Shown here in pieces: positions 1 through 9,570 of a stretch of 64,000 bases of DNA. The notes under the pieces were generated by a model that was not told where the DNA came from, searched no databases, and saw only the letters and a list, made by a program, of their open reading frames with translations. The position numbers were made by a program, and so were the translations under genes. Within the stretch, counting starts at the first letter, position 1; every line of letters starts with the position of its first letter. The stretch is from Myxococcota bacterium (GTDB lineage: Bacteria; Myxococcota_A; SURF-8): NCBI GenBank assembly GCA_965140415.1, contig OZ223209.1:3456001-3520000 (forward strand), written 5' to 3'.

Positions 1-32
1 GAAGGCATTAATCAGCACGAGCGGAGAGGTTT

Positions 33-2177
33 GTGTCCAGAACGCGACTCGCATTAACGATTCTGCTGTACGTGATCGGTGTCGCGTTCATCTTCGACTG
101 GCGCCCATACGAACCTCTGCTGGTTTTCTTTCCACGACCGCAGTTGCTAGCCCTGCTGTTCGTTCTGATTCTGGTGCTGACCTACGATCCACTTTCGGAT
201 TTCTACAATAAAATCATCTCACTTCCAGCAAAGTACTGGTTGGGATTTTGTGGATTGACCACGCTGTCAATTACCACCTACATTGCATTCATTCCTTTAG
301 AAGGGATCCCGCATTCACCGGACGACATCTGCTATCTTTGGCAGGCCAGAACATTTACGACAGGTCATTTATTTACACAAAGCCATGATTTAAAAGAGTT
401 TTTCCATACCATCTTTTTCGTCAACGATGGTCGTTGGTATTCGCTTTTTCAACCTGGCTGGCCATTGTTTTTAACTCTTGGGGTTTGGATCGGTTTACCG
501 AACCTCATCAATCCCATTCTCACCGCAGTCGCAACCATCCTGCTCTACCCGATCGGTCGCCGCGTATTTTCGGACCAAACCGCCAAACTCGCCATGCTGA
601 TGTTTGCCGTCGCGCCCATGCATGTCGGAATCGGGAGCACCCTGCTCTCCCACAGTTTCTCATTGGTCCTAACCGAAATCATTGCGCTGATGATCCTGAT
701 CTTATGGGATGGCGGTAAGCTTTATCACAGTCTGATCTTGGGTTTAGCCCTGGGTTGGCTGTTTGCCACTCGCGGCATGAACGGTTTTGTTACCGTCATT
801 CTGGTTGGCATTGTACTATCCATATTCCTTTATCAGAAGCGAATCCCATGGACGTATGTCTTGTGGGTCATGATCATCAGTGCAGGATGTTTCTTTGCAC
901 AAATGGCCTACAACCATGCTCTGACGGGAAACGCCTTGTACTGGCCGCAAGATCGCTATTTCGACCAGATCGAACCGAAAAAAGACTGTCATAAACCGGG
1001 TTTCGGCAAACAAGTAGGCTGTCCGATTACTCATCCTGGAGAAGATTTCCCACAAGGCTTCACTCCCATTGATGCCTTGCATGTCACCCATACTCGACTT
1101 GGAACGTTTTTACTGACCTTGCTGGGCTGGAATGCCATTTTCCTGTTTATCGGTTTTCCCTTCTTTTCCTCCCGTGGAGGATGGAAGAAAACCTTTTTGC
1201 TGTCTATTTTCCTGTCTTTGCTTATTGGATATTTCTGCTTTTATTTTCATGGGTTATGGGGACGATACTATTATGAATCCTCCTTTGCCTTATTTCTCCT
1301 GATTGCAGCCGGAATCGAACGAAGTCATGAGTTTATGGTGGCTCGAACTCGGTTCCGATCGCATTATTGTCACCGTTTCGCTCGTGCTGCAATTCCGGCA
1401 ATGGGTCTTAGCTATTTTGCCCTGATTGTCATTTTCTTTATGCCCCTGATGTTCGGGGTGTTGGGAAAATCGTTTATGGGTGTAGACAATCGCCTGGAAC
1501 GGATGCGGGACCAGATTCCACCCAAAAGCATTGTCATCATGCAAGATAGTTATCCGCTTGGTTTTCTGCTGCTTGACCCGATGCTTACAACAGACCGTAT
1601 TTTCGTAAAAGATCTGCTGCGACAGAACCGCCAATTGATGCAGTACTACCCGGATTATCACTTCTTCCGATACAGCATCGCGGATGGCACGATTCACGAA
1701 TTGCCCGTCAACAGCAATCCCTCACCAGTCTACCTGGAGGGAGAATACAAATTCCCAATCGCATCCAGTTCCGGAGAACATGCCTATGTCGACTTCTTCA
1801 CCGGAGACAATGGAGAAACGCCCTCCGGTAAAATGGTGCTGACCTTCCCAGCCAAAGGTCCAGGCTCTTATTATGAATTTCAACAGTACATCTTCAAATC
1901 CGGGCACTACAAGGTTCAAGCGACCTTGTCCGTCGGTCCGAATCACGGCATTATTTCGATTCTGCATGACAACCAGATCCTTCTGAAAGATCGCGACTGC
2001 TATTCCCCCAAGCGTTCTTTAAAACTCATGATGCAAAAAACCGAATCTCAAATATACTTGGAAAAAGGACTACATACCTTCAGAGTTAAAGTAACGGGTA
2101 AAGCGAAAGGATCAACCGGCTACAATTCCGGTCTGGATCGAATGCTGCTACTGCTTCAAAAGGAAAAAGGCAAATAG
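33..2177 (+). CDS. GT-C fold (PMT/ArnT/GT39-like) multi-pass membrane glycosyltransferase with C-terminal beta-sandwich (CBM-like) domain
   Basis: 714 aa, many TM segments, acidic motif PHSPDDICYLWQA in an early loop, LFQPGWP motif, soluble beta-rich C-terminus (GHYKV...GLHTFRVKVTGK...GLD); RBS GGAGAGG before GTG. Confidence 0.7.
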   Translation: MSRTRLALTILLYVIGVAFIFDWRPYEPLLVFFPRPQLLALLFVLILVLTYDPLSDFYNKIISLPAKYWLGFCGLTTLSITTYIAFIPLEGIPHSPDDICYLWQARTFTTGHLFTQSHDLKEFFHTIFFVNDGRWYSLFQPGWPLFLTLGVWIGLPNLINPILTAVATILLYPIGRRVFSDQTAKLAMLMFAVAPMHVGIGSTLLSHSFSLVLTEIIALMILILWDGGKLYHSLILGLALGWLFATRGMNGFVTVILVGIVLSIFLYQKRIPWTYVLWVMIISAGCFFAQMAYNHALTGNALYWPQDRYFDQIEPKKDCHKPGFGKQVGCPITHPGEDFPQGFTPIDALHVTHTRLGTFLLTLLGWNAIFLFIGFPFFSSRGGWKKTFLLSIFLSLLIGYFCFYFHGLWGRYYYESSFALFLLIAAGIERSHEFMVARTRFRSHYCHRFARAAIPAMGLSYFALIVIFFMPLMFGVLGKSFMGVDNRLERMRDQIPPKSIVIMQDSYPLGFLLLDPMLTTDRIFVKDLLRQNRQLMQYYPDYHFFRYSIADGTIHELPVNSNPSPVYLEGEYKFPIASSSGEHAYVDFFTGDNGETPSGKMVLTFPAKGPGSYYEFQQYIFKSGHYKVQATLSVGPNHGIISILHDNQILLKDRDCYSPKRSLKLMMQKTESQIYLEKGLHTFRVKVTGKAKGSTGYNSGLDRMLLLLQKEKGK

Positions 2178-2180
2178 CAT

Positions 2181-3527
2181 ATGCTTGAACTGCTCAAACC
2201 ATTTGAGGATTTCCTGCACCATCATTTGCATGTAGACTGGCTCCGAGGTTTCTTTTTCCAACTCTTCAAGGTGATGCATCTTTATCTATATGAATATACC
2301 GACTATTTAATCTTCGGTGTATTCGCGGTACCGCTTTATTACCTGTTGCCAAAAACCTGGCGCGTTCATTACCTGATTCTGGCCAGCATGGTCATGATCG
2401 GAGTTCTGCACGGTTTCATATTCGCATTTTTCCTTATTGCCGTTCCAATGCTTTTTTATGTTGCCGTCAAACGATTGCAACCCAAAGCATTGATAGACGC
2501 CACATTCCAAAAGCAAACGACCAAATTGCTTGTTTCATTGGCCCTGTTGATATACGGGATTCTTCTGATTCGTGAAAGCTATGAATGGGAACCTGCCCTT
2601 CCGCTGACGGATCGCCATTTCATCGTTCCTTTGCTGCACTGGTGCGGCATCGCCTTTATGCTGCCAAAGCTCATCCACTATATTGTGGACAGCCTGAAAG
2701 GCACAATCGGAACCACAAAGGCTTCTCACTTCGCCCTGTTCATGGTGTTTTTTCCCATCCTTCGATTGGGACCGATCGAGCGCTTTCAGACCTTCGAGCG
2801 CAGTCTCGTTTCCGCTTCCACCCGTTCGATTACCGCATTCGACATCGGATTTGGTCTTTACAGAATCTTTTTAGGTGCAGTAAAAACGGCACTTTACGCC
2901 GCAGTTCTATACCCCTGGCGCGAAGATGCCTGCACTCACATTCCAGATCTTTCCATAGCCTGGATTTACTGGCTTCTGCTCATGGGAATCGTAGAGGTTT
3001 ACTGTCATTTCGGTGGCTACACCGACATCGCCCTAGGGTTCTCGCGACTGTTTGGCATCCGTGTATCGGAAAACTTCTATCTACCTGTATTCAGTGAGAA
3101 TATCGGAGAGTGGTGGCGTCGCTGGCACATCACCTTGAGCTTCTGGATGCGCGACTATGTCTATCGGCCATTGGGAGGAGGACGTAAGAATGCCTTTATC
3201 AATGGAATGATCACATTCTTCTTTGTTGGAGCATGGCATTACCTGGCCTGGCATTACATAGTATGGGGCTTGCTACAGGGTATCGGCATTGCCATTATGC
3301 GCCTGTGGCAGATTTTCTGGCATCGTGTCGCAAACGAGAAAGAATACTGGAACTCCTTGAAACCAGTGGCATTCTGGATGAAAGCACATCCGCGATTCTC
3401 ATCAACGGTCAGTGCGCTGTTTACCATCCACTATTTCTTTACCACCGGCTTGTATTTCATTTTGGATATCGATCGGGCCAATCTCGTGATCTTGCGCTTG
3501 TTTACACTTGGCGCATACCCGTACTGA
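2181..3527 (+). CDS. MBOAT family O-acyltransferase (AlgI/DltB-like)
   Basis: FFP..RLGPIERF, FGGYTDIALG, ENF..P, WWRRWHITLSFWMRDYVY.PLGG and GAWH (catalytic His) motifs; 3 nt after upstream gene. Confidence 0.92.
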   Translation: MLELLKPFEDFLHHHLHVDWLRGFFFQLFKVMHLYLYEYTDYLIFGVFAVPLYYLLPKTWRVHYLILASMVMIGVLHGFIFAFFLIAVPMLFYVAVKRLQPKALIDATFQKQTTKLLVSLALLIYGILLIRESYEWEPALPLTDRHFIVPLLHWCGIAFMLPKLIHYIVDSLKGTIGTTKASHFALFMVFFPILRLGPIERFQTFERSLVSASTRSITAFDIGFGLYRIFLGAVKTALYAAVLYPWREDACTHIPDLSIAWIYWLLLMGIVEVYCHFGGYTDIALGFSRLFGIRVSENFYLPVFSENIGEWWRRWHITLSFWMRDYVYRPLGGGRKNAFINGMITFFFVGAWHYLAWHYIVWGLLQGIGIAIMRLWQIFWHRVANEKEYWNSLKPVAFWMKAHPRFSSTVSALFTIHYFFTTGLYFILDIDRANLVILRLFTLGAYPY

Positions 3528-3556
3528 TCCCACCCTCATCCACACCGCATTCATTA

Positions 3557-3606
3557 TTTAACACTTTTTTAACTGACTTAACCGTAAACTCATAATACAT
3601 TAACAT
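3557..3606 (+). promoter_or_regulatory. Putative PhoB/OmpR-type (Pho-box-like) direct repeats
   Basis: TTAAC at 3558, 3569, 3578 and 3600, and CTCAT at 3589, giving 11-bp periodicity upstream of the porin. Confidence 0.45.
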
Positions 3607-3655
3607 CCACAAATGGAGGCGGTACTGTGTTCAGTAAATGAGAGGAAATACTTAA

Positions 3656-5044
3656 ATGAAATATCTTTCTTGTACGATCGCTGTATTGTTAATCATAACC
3701 TTAAATACGGTTTTCACTTCGGCCTATGCCAATGAAAACACAGCACCAGAAACAACGGAAGCAGCCGCTTCCAATCAAACACCAAAGCACGAGTCTCCAA
3801 CCGCTAGCAGCTGGCCGGAAAAGATCGGTCCCTTTGAACTATCCAGCCCGAACGGTCAAAGTTCCATACGATTCGGATTCGCAGCTCAACTGTTGTTTAC
3901 GGTTACAAGTAAAGATCAGGGCTCCGGTCAAGACCGGGATAATACCGTAACCGCAGAAATCCGCCGCTTGCGCTTGAAATTGAGCGGCTCAGTTTTAAGC
4001 AAGGATTTAACCTACTACCTACAATTAAGCACGGCCCCTCGTTCGTTGGAATTTCTGGACTGGTTTTTAAACTATCGCTTTCACACTCAGGCGCAACTTC
4101 GCCTGGGTCAATGGAAAATACCATTTACACGTTACCGAATTCAATCCGATAAAAACCTGACTTTCCCCGATTGGGCGCTGACGACCAAGTACTTCGGTGC
4201 CGAGCGTCAAATGGGTTTGATGCTGCACAATGGTGCGGAAAAACCGGAGGCGATTGAGTACGAGGTGGGTGTATTTACCGGCGTCAACGCACGCAAGTCG
4301 CATTCCGTGAATATCGCTAAAATCTATGGAGCACCAATCGACAATCCATCCGATCTCAGCGACATCGCCCCGAAAGTCGAGTTTCATCCTGAACTGGTCT
4401 GGCACTTGGCCTACAATCACAACAACATCGACGTTAAGGGTGATACGGACATGAAGGGCGGTCCTTTCCGTTTCATGATCGGACTGAGCGGATCCTGGGA
4501 CATTCGCCCGAAACTCGCCTACGATCTGAAGTTCCGTCTTGCTCCTGAGTTTCTGATGAAAGCGCATGGCTTCAGCCTGTCCCTTGTCTACTACATGGCC
4601 TGGACGGATTTGCAAAATGATGAAAGTCTTGATGGAATCGCCATGATGGGCGGTATCGCTCAAGCCAGCTATATTGTTAAAAAGCGAGTTGAGTTCGCAT
4701 TACGCTATGCCATCGCAAATGTCCACGACGATCTTCTGCAAGACGCCCGTAGCTGGTCCACCAGTCAAATTGCCACCGTCAATGAAGATCTGGCGGCAAG
4801 CAAAATCAGTCCGAAAGAAGCCAATGATTTGATCAGCGCCTACAACAAAGCCGGTCAATGTAAGCGAGAGCAGGAGTTGAGCTTCGGTATCAACACCTAT
4901 ATCATCGGATCTTACCTTAAGTGGCAAAACGACGTGACCTGGAAAAAAACGACGACGCAGAAGATTCAAGAGATTACCGAGCTAAAGCAGGAAACGTCCA
5001 GGGATGACATCGTGTTCCGCTCCCAGCTTTTGTTGACATTCTGA
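3656..5044 (+). CDS. Outer-membrane porin, OprO/OprP phosphate-selective porin-like
   Basis: Signal peptide (SAYA), EIRRLRLKLSG and LGQWKIPF motifs, amphipathic beta strands, terminal Phe (QLLLTF). Confidence 0.8.
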   Translation: MKYLSCTIAVLLIITLNTVFTSAYANENTAPETTEAAASNQTPKHESPTASSWPEKIGPFELSSPNGQSSIRFGFAAQLLFTVTSKDQGSGQDRDNTVTAEIRRLRLKLSGSVLSKDLTYYLQLSTAPRSLEFLDWFLNYRFHTQAQLRLGQWKIPFTRYRIQSDKNLTFPDWALTTKYFGAERQMGLMLHNGAEKPEAIEYEVGVFTGVNARKSHSVNIAKIYGAPIDNPSDLSDIAPKVEFHPELVWHLAYNHNNIDVKGDTDMKGGPFRFMIGLSGSWDIRPKLAYDLKFRLAPEFLMKAHGFSLSLVYYMAWTDLQNDESLDGIAMMGGIAQASYIVKKRVEFALRYAIANVHDDLLQDARSWSTSQIATVNEDLAASKISPKEANDLISAYNKAGQCKREQELSFGINTYIIGSYLKWQNDVTWKKTTTQKIQEITELKQETSRDDIVFRSQLLLTF

Positions 5045-5131
5045 TAGGGGATCACCGACTAAAATCCTTTCTTTTTTATCGCATCGCACCTAAACTCATT
5101 GATGTTTCAACGATGTAGGTAACTATTTGAA

Positions 5132-5944
5132 ATGGATACGATAAAAAAGACCCCTTTCCGCCCCTTGCCCGTTTCCAAAGAGAATAACAATTTTTGGGAG
5201 TGCGTTGCCAAGGCAGATCATCGATTGCTTAGCCTGGATTATGACGGTACCCTTGCACCGTTTCACATCGATCGTATGCAGGTACGTCTTTACCCCGGAA
5301 TTCAAGGTCTTCTTTGCCAGATTCGCGATACGGGTCGAACGCAGCTTGCCATCGTTTCCGGTCGCCCCATGCCGCATTTACACGATTTTCTCGATGATTT
5401 GCGAATTCCCCTAATTGGCAGCCATGGCTGGGAGTTTTACTTTCCCGAAGGAGACTCTTTTACCTATCCACTGAATGACATTCAGCAAGAGGGGTTCAAG
5501 CAAGCAAAAGACTGTATCAAGCAGTTGGGTTATATCTCCTTACTGGCGGAAAAGGCGTCCAGCATTGCGGTCTACACACAGGCAATTAAAGAGAACGAAG
5601 CCAGAGAGATTGAGCAAGTGGTCTTTAACACATGGAATTCACTGGCAGACGGCAAACAAACGGAATGCCGGTATTTCAAGCAAGGCGTCGAATTCCGGGC
5701 CATCGGTCATAATAAAGGCGATGCCTTGCAATACCTGCATAATCTCCAACCGGAAGGCAATTTGACGGTGCATATCGGCGATGACGATTCAGATGAAGAC
5801 GCATTCCGCTTTCTGCGAAATCGCGGAATTGGGATTAAGGTAGGAGATGGCAACGAACCCACGGAGGCAAGGGGCTATCTTGCTGATTGTCAGGCGGTTA
5901 AGGAGTTTCTTGAAGCCTGGCTACACGCAATACAGCCAAGCTAG
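5132..5944 (+). CDS. otsB: Trehalose-6-phosphate phosphatase-like HAD IIB phosphatase
   Basis: LDYDGTLAPF, IVSGR, GSHGWE, NKG and IGDD.SDEDAF motifs. Confidence 0.8.
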   Translation: MDTIKKTPFRPLPVSKENNNFWECVAKADHRLLSLDYDGTLAPFHIDRMQVRLYPGIQGLLCQIRDTGRTQLAIVSGRPMPHLHDFLDDLRIPLIGSHGWEFYFPEGDSFTYPLNDIQQEGFKQAKDCIKQLGYISLLAEKASSIAVYTQAIKENEAREIEQVVFNTWNSLADGKQTECRYFKQGVEFRAIGHNKGDALQYLHNLQPEGNLTVHIGDDDSDEDAFRFLRNRGIGIKVGDGNEPTEARGYLADCQAVKEFLEAWLHAIQPS

Positions 5945-6223
5945 CAAGCTTGCTTTTACTCCCAAATTTACCCAAACCAACCACCGCTTTTTCCTTGAGA
6001 ATTGAATCAAACATGGTAGACTGCCTGCAACTTGGCCCCTTGCAAACCTAGTCCCTGTTAAATGAAACGGGAAAAGCGAGGGTGTGCCACTTTGTAACCG
6101 ATAACAACCGATTCCGTCGAAGCTCAACACGAACCACAACCACTATTTGCAACTAAAAGCGCCGACTTAATCGGTTTCGCCGATCTTGCCTTTCTATTTG
6201 TACTACTATGGAAGGAGACTGAC

Positions 6224-8743
6224 ATGTTGTATCAAACACGCTCATTCCCACGTTCGCTAAGCTATTTGCTGCTGCTAATAGCATTCCTGCTTCTTAATGG
6301 TTGTGCTGCAAGCTCGTTCATTGGCTACAAGATGTCTCCGGATTACCCGAAAGACAAATCCGAAACCATTGAACTCGCTGGATTAAGCGCTCCTGTTTCC
6401 ATTTACCTGGATGAAGCCGGAGTTTCACACGTCGAAGCTCAGAACGAAATGGACCTGCTGCGCGCCGTTGGTTTTACGCAGAGTCGAAGCCGCTTTTTCG
6501 GAATGGATGCCATGCGCCGCATCACGCGCGGACGCCTTTCCGAACTCGTTGGTGACCAGTCCTTGATGGATAGCACGACCGTCGGCTTCGATCTTTCCAT
6601 GCGCGGCTGGGGATTCGACAAAGCCGTTGCCAGCGATGTGGCCGGACTGACGGACGAACAGCGAAAACTGATTCAGGCTTTTACCGATGGTGTCAATGCT
6701 GCATTGAAAATGTATCCACCGTTGGAATACCGCCTGCTGCGTGTTGAACCCGAACCCTGGACTATCGAAGATTCCTTCGCGTTGGGTCGTCTGACTGCCT
6801 GGAGCATCACTCACAACTACCACCAGGAGGCAACCCGCCTTCTTCTGGCCTTGAACGTCGGAATCGACCGCGCTGAAGAAATTTACGGCAACGACTACTG
6901 GCACGGAAATGTCACCCTGCCTTCTAAAGAATTCGGAGTGACACTACCTCCCGCCATCGCCCCGGAATTACGCGAACTTCTCCCGGCGAAACCCTACCAA
7001 CCCTGGGAAGAAGAACAGAAGGTAGCCAACCTGCGTCTGGCCGCCGACGCGGCGAAAGCCACCGGCGCCAGCAATAGCTGGGTTGTCTCCGGCGAAGAAA
7101 GCGCCTCGGGTAAACCGATGGTCGCCAGCGATCCGCACATGGCCCACCTGATGCCGTCCTTCTTTTTCCCGCAGCACCTTAAAACCCCCGATCTCGACGT
7201 CATGGGCACCACCGTTCCCGGCCTGCCCTATGTGCTGATCGGACATAATAAGCACGTTGCCTGGGCCGCGACCTCGGCGGTATCCGACTGCATCGATCTG
7301 TACATCGAAAAAGTCAACCCGGAGAATGCCGATCAGTATCTAACTCCCAATGGATGGAAAGACTTCGTGAAGGAAGAAGTGGTCATCCGCGTATTGGAAG
7401 ACGGCGAACTGGTTGACAAAGTGTTCACGCTTCGTTCGTCACGACACGGCGCAATCATGAACGATATGTACCCCAACCTTTTCCCAAAAGATGCTCCACC
7501 GGTCGCCATCAAATGGGACACCGAGGGCGTTTCCAAAGGAATCGCAGCTCTGGGAGTCGCCAACCGTGCCAAGAACGTCACGGAGCTTCGTGAAGCCTTT
7601 TACGGTGTAGTGACCCCGGCTCAAAGCTGGAGTGCGGCAGATACGAACGGTACCATCGCCCATTTCATGTCGGGCAAGGTTCCCATCCGGCACAATCATC
7701 GCGGCACCTTCCCCGTTCCCGGCTGGTTGGATAAGTACGAATGGGATGGCTTCCTCAATCCCGAAGAACTCCCCTGGGGAGAGTCCACCAGCGGTCACTA
7801 CGCCCACGCCAACAACCTGACCATCGACCCGGAATTGGGTGGGAATTACTACCAGATCGACAGTGCTCCTTCCTACCGTGTAGACCGGATTCTGGAAATG
7901 CTGAAAGAAGTTCCCAAACATAACAAAGACAGCTTCGCCGCCATTCAGACCGACGTGCTTTCCATCCGCGCACGCCGCATTACGCCGCGCATCATGGAAG
8001 TATTGGAAACCATGAAGGATCTGACCCCGGCACAAGCAAAAGCGCGGGAAATTCTGAAATCCTGGAACTACGTCACGGATACAGACTCCGCCGGAGCCGC
8101 TATTTTCTTTTTGACCTATCGCGAATCAATTATGGAAGCGGTCAAAGACGAAATGGACAAACACGCTTTTGAATTCTTCATGTCCCAGCGCTACTCTACG
8201 AACGTTGCCGATCTCTGGTTTGACCGCCCCGACCACGTCGTGTGGGATAATCGCGCCACCGAAGAACTGGAAACCCGCTCCCAGGCGATTAAAACCGCGT
8301 TTACCACCAGTGTGACCAAACTGACCGAATGGCAGGGTGAAGATCCCAGCGCCTGGCGTTGGGGTGCTTTGCACGACATCCACATCAAGCATGTTTTCGG
8401 CTCCAAAAAAGCACTGGCCAAAACCGTCAATCTTCCACGCGCCGAAGTCGGCGGCGGATTGGATACCGTGTGGAAATCCCATTTCGATCTCGGTCATCCC
8501 AAGTTCCCCTTCCGTGCCATGGCCGGTCCGGTGTATCGCATGATCGTCGATCTGAACGACATGGACCACGGCTGGTGGGTGTCTGACACCGGCGTTTCCG
8601 GTTGGCCACTTTCGCCGCATTACGGCGACCAGCACAAACTCTGGCTCAAGGGCGAATACCTCCCGATGATTCAGAACTGGGATGAAATTCGCAGCAATGC
8701 CAAGGGCGTTCTATCTCTGACTCCCAAGCAACCCGAGAAATAA
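6224..8743 (+). CDS. Penicillin acylase family (Ntn hydrolase, peptidase S45) lipoprotein
   Basis: Lipobox LLNGC; GASNSW (Ser nucleophile), ASDPH, IGHN, SRHG and SPHYGDQ motifs. Confidence 0.93.
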   Translation: MLYQTRSFPRSLSYLLLLIAFLLLNGCAASSFIGYKMSPDYPKDKSETIELAGLSAPVSIYLDEAGVSHVEAQNEMDLLRAVGFTQSRSRFFGMDAMRRITRGRLSELVGDQSLMDSTTVGFDLSMRGWGFDKAVASDVAGLTDEQRKLIQAFTDGVNAALKMYPPLEYRLLRVEPEPWTIEDSFALGRLTAWSITHNYHQEATRLLLALNVGIDRAEEIYGNDYWHGNVTLPSKEFGVTLPPAIAPELRELLPAKPYQPWEEEQKVANLRLAADAAKATGASNSWVVSGEESASGKPMVASDPHMAHLMPSFFFPQHLKTPDLDVMGTTVPGLPYVLIGHNKHVAWAATSAVSDCIDLYIEKVNPENADQYLTPNGWKDFVKEEVVIRVLEDGELVDKVFTLRSSRHGAIMNDMYPNLFPKDAPPVAIKWDTEGVSKGIAALGVANRAKNVTELREAFYGVVTPAQSWSAADTNGTIAHFMSGKVPIRHNHRGTFPVPGWLDKYEWDGFLNPEELPWGESTSGHYAHANNLTIDPELGGNYYQIDSAPSYRVDRILEMLKEVPKHNKDSFAAIQTDVLSIRARRITPRIMEVLETMKDLTPAQAKAREILKSWNYVTDTDSAGAAIFFLTYRESIMEAVKDEMDKHAFEFFMSQRYSTNVADLWFDRPDHVVWDNRATEELETRSQAIKTAFTTSVTKLTEWQGEDPSAWRWGALHDIHIKHVFGSKKALAKTVNLPRAEVGGGLDTVWKSHFDLGHPKFPFRAMAGPVYRMIVDLNDMDHGWWVSDTGVSGWPLSPHYGDQHKLWLKGEYLPMIQNWDEIRSNAKGVLSLTPKQPEK

Positions 8744-8767
8744 TCATCGGGATACTTAAGTCACTTT

Positions 8768-8796
8768 GGCGGCCCCTTTTCGGGGTCGCCTTTTTT
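8768..8796 (+). terminator. Intrinsic terminator
   Basis: GGCGGCCCC-TTTTC-GGGGTCGCC followed by T6. Confidence 0.85.
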
Positions 8797-8860
8797 ATTC
8801 CTCCGTACCATTGCAGCGAGGGTCGGAATCGGGTATTTTAAGATATCAACGGAGGTGGTT

Positions 8861-9499
8861 ATGGGACGCAATCCGGTTTTCGATCAGACCTACCAGTTTT
8901 ACCTGGATCGAATCGCGAAACACGATCTGCAAGGAATTGCCCCGAAAATCGGTGCTCGTTTTACGGAAAACGTTTGTCATATCCCGCTATTGGGAGAAGA
9001 ATACCGTGTCTCTTCAACCGAGATTGTAGATGAGTCCGGTCAGCGCCCGACTCCTGCCGATTACATACTGCTTGCGCAATATGTCCTGCTACATCCTGAA
9101 ACGGAGCCTGAAGAGCAGCAATGGAAGCACTACCGTGAATTCAAGGATGCCGCCCCGTTTGTAGGAGGCTTCATCGCCAACGCGGAACTTCCAATCTCTA
9201 CTGCATTTTCAGGTAGAATCGCTTCACTCGAAAAAGCCTGCGACATTCTCAATGGCGAAGATCCGAAACTCAACCTGCCGTATGATTTGATTCGGCTGTT
9301 TTATCCGCTGCCGAAAGTTCCGATTCTGCTGCTTTTCAATGATAGCGACGAAGAATTCCCGGCCCGCTGTCTACAACTGTTCGAAGAACGTGCACAACGC
9401 TATCTCGACATGGAATGTCTGGCAATGCTGGCATGGCTGCTGGCGGACAAGCTGATCGCAACGGCAGGGATGCAAGAAGGGATCTTGTCCGAAATTTAG
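8861..9499 (+). CDS. DUF3786 domain protein
   Basis: W..YREFKDA..F, LPKVPILLLFND.DEEFPA.C..LF and YLDMECLA motifs; ATG at 8861 after GGAGG. Confidence 0.8.
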   Translation: MGRNPVFDQTYQFYLDRIAKHDLQGIAPKIGARFTENVCHIPLLGEEYRVSSTEIVDESGQRPTPADYILLAQYVLLHPETEPEEQQWKHYREFKDAAPFVGGFIANAELPISTAFSGRIASLEKACDILNGEDPKLNLPYDLIRLFYPLPKVPILLLFNDSDEEFPARCLQLFEERAQRYLDMECLAMLAWLLADKLIATAGMQEGILSEI

Positions 9500-9570
9500 A
9501 AATCGCACCAGTGCTCTAACACATCAAGTACGAAATTCCCTCAAACTGTTTCATGGAGTACTACGAAGTA

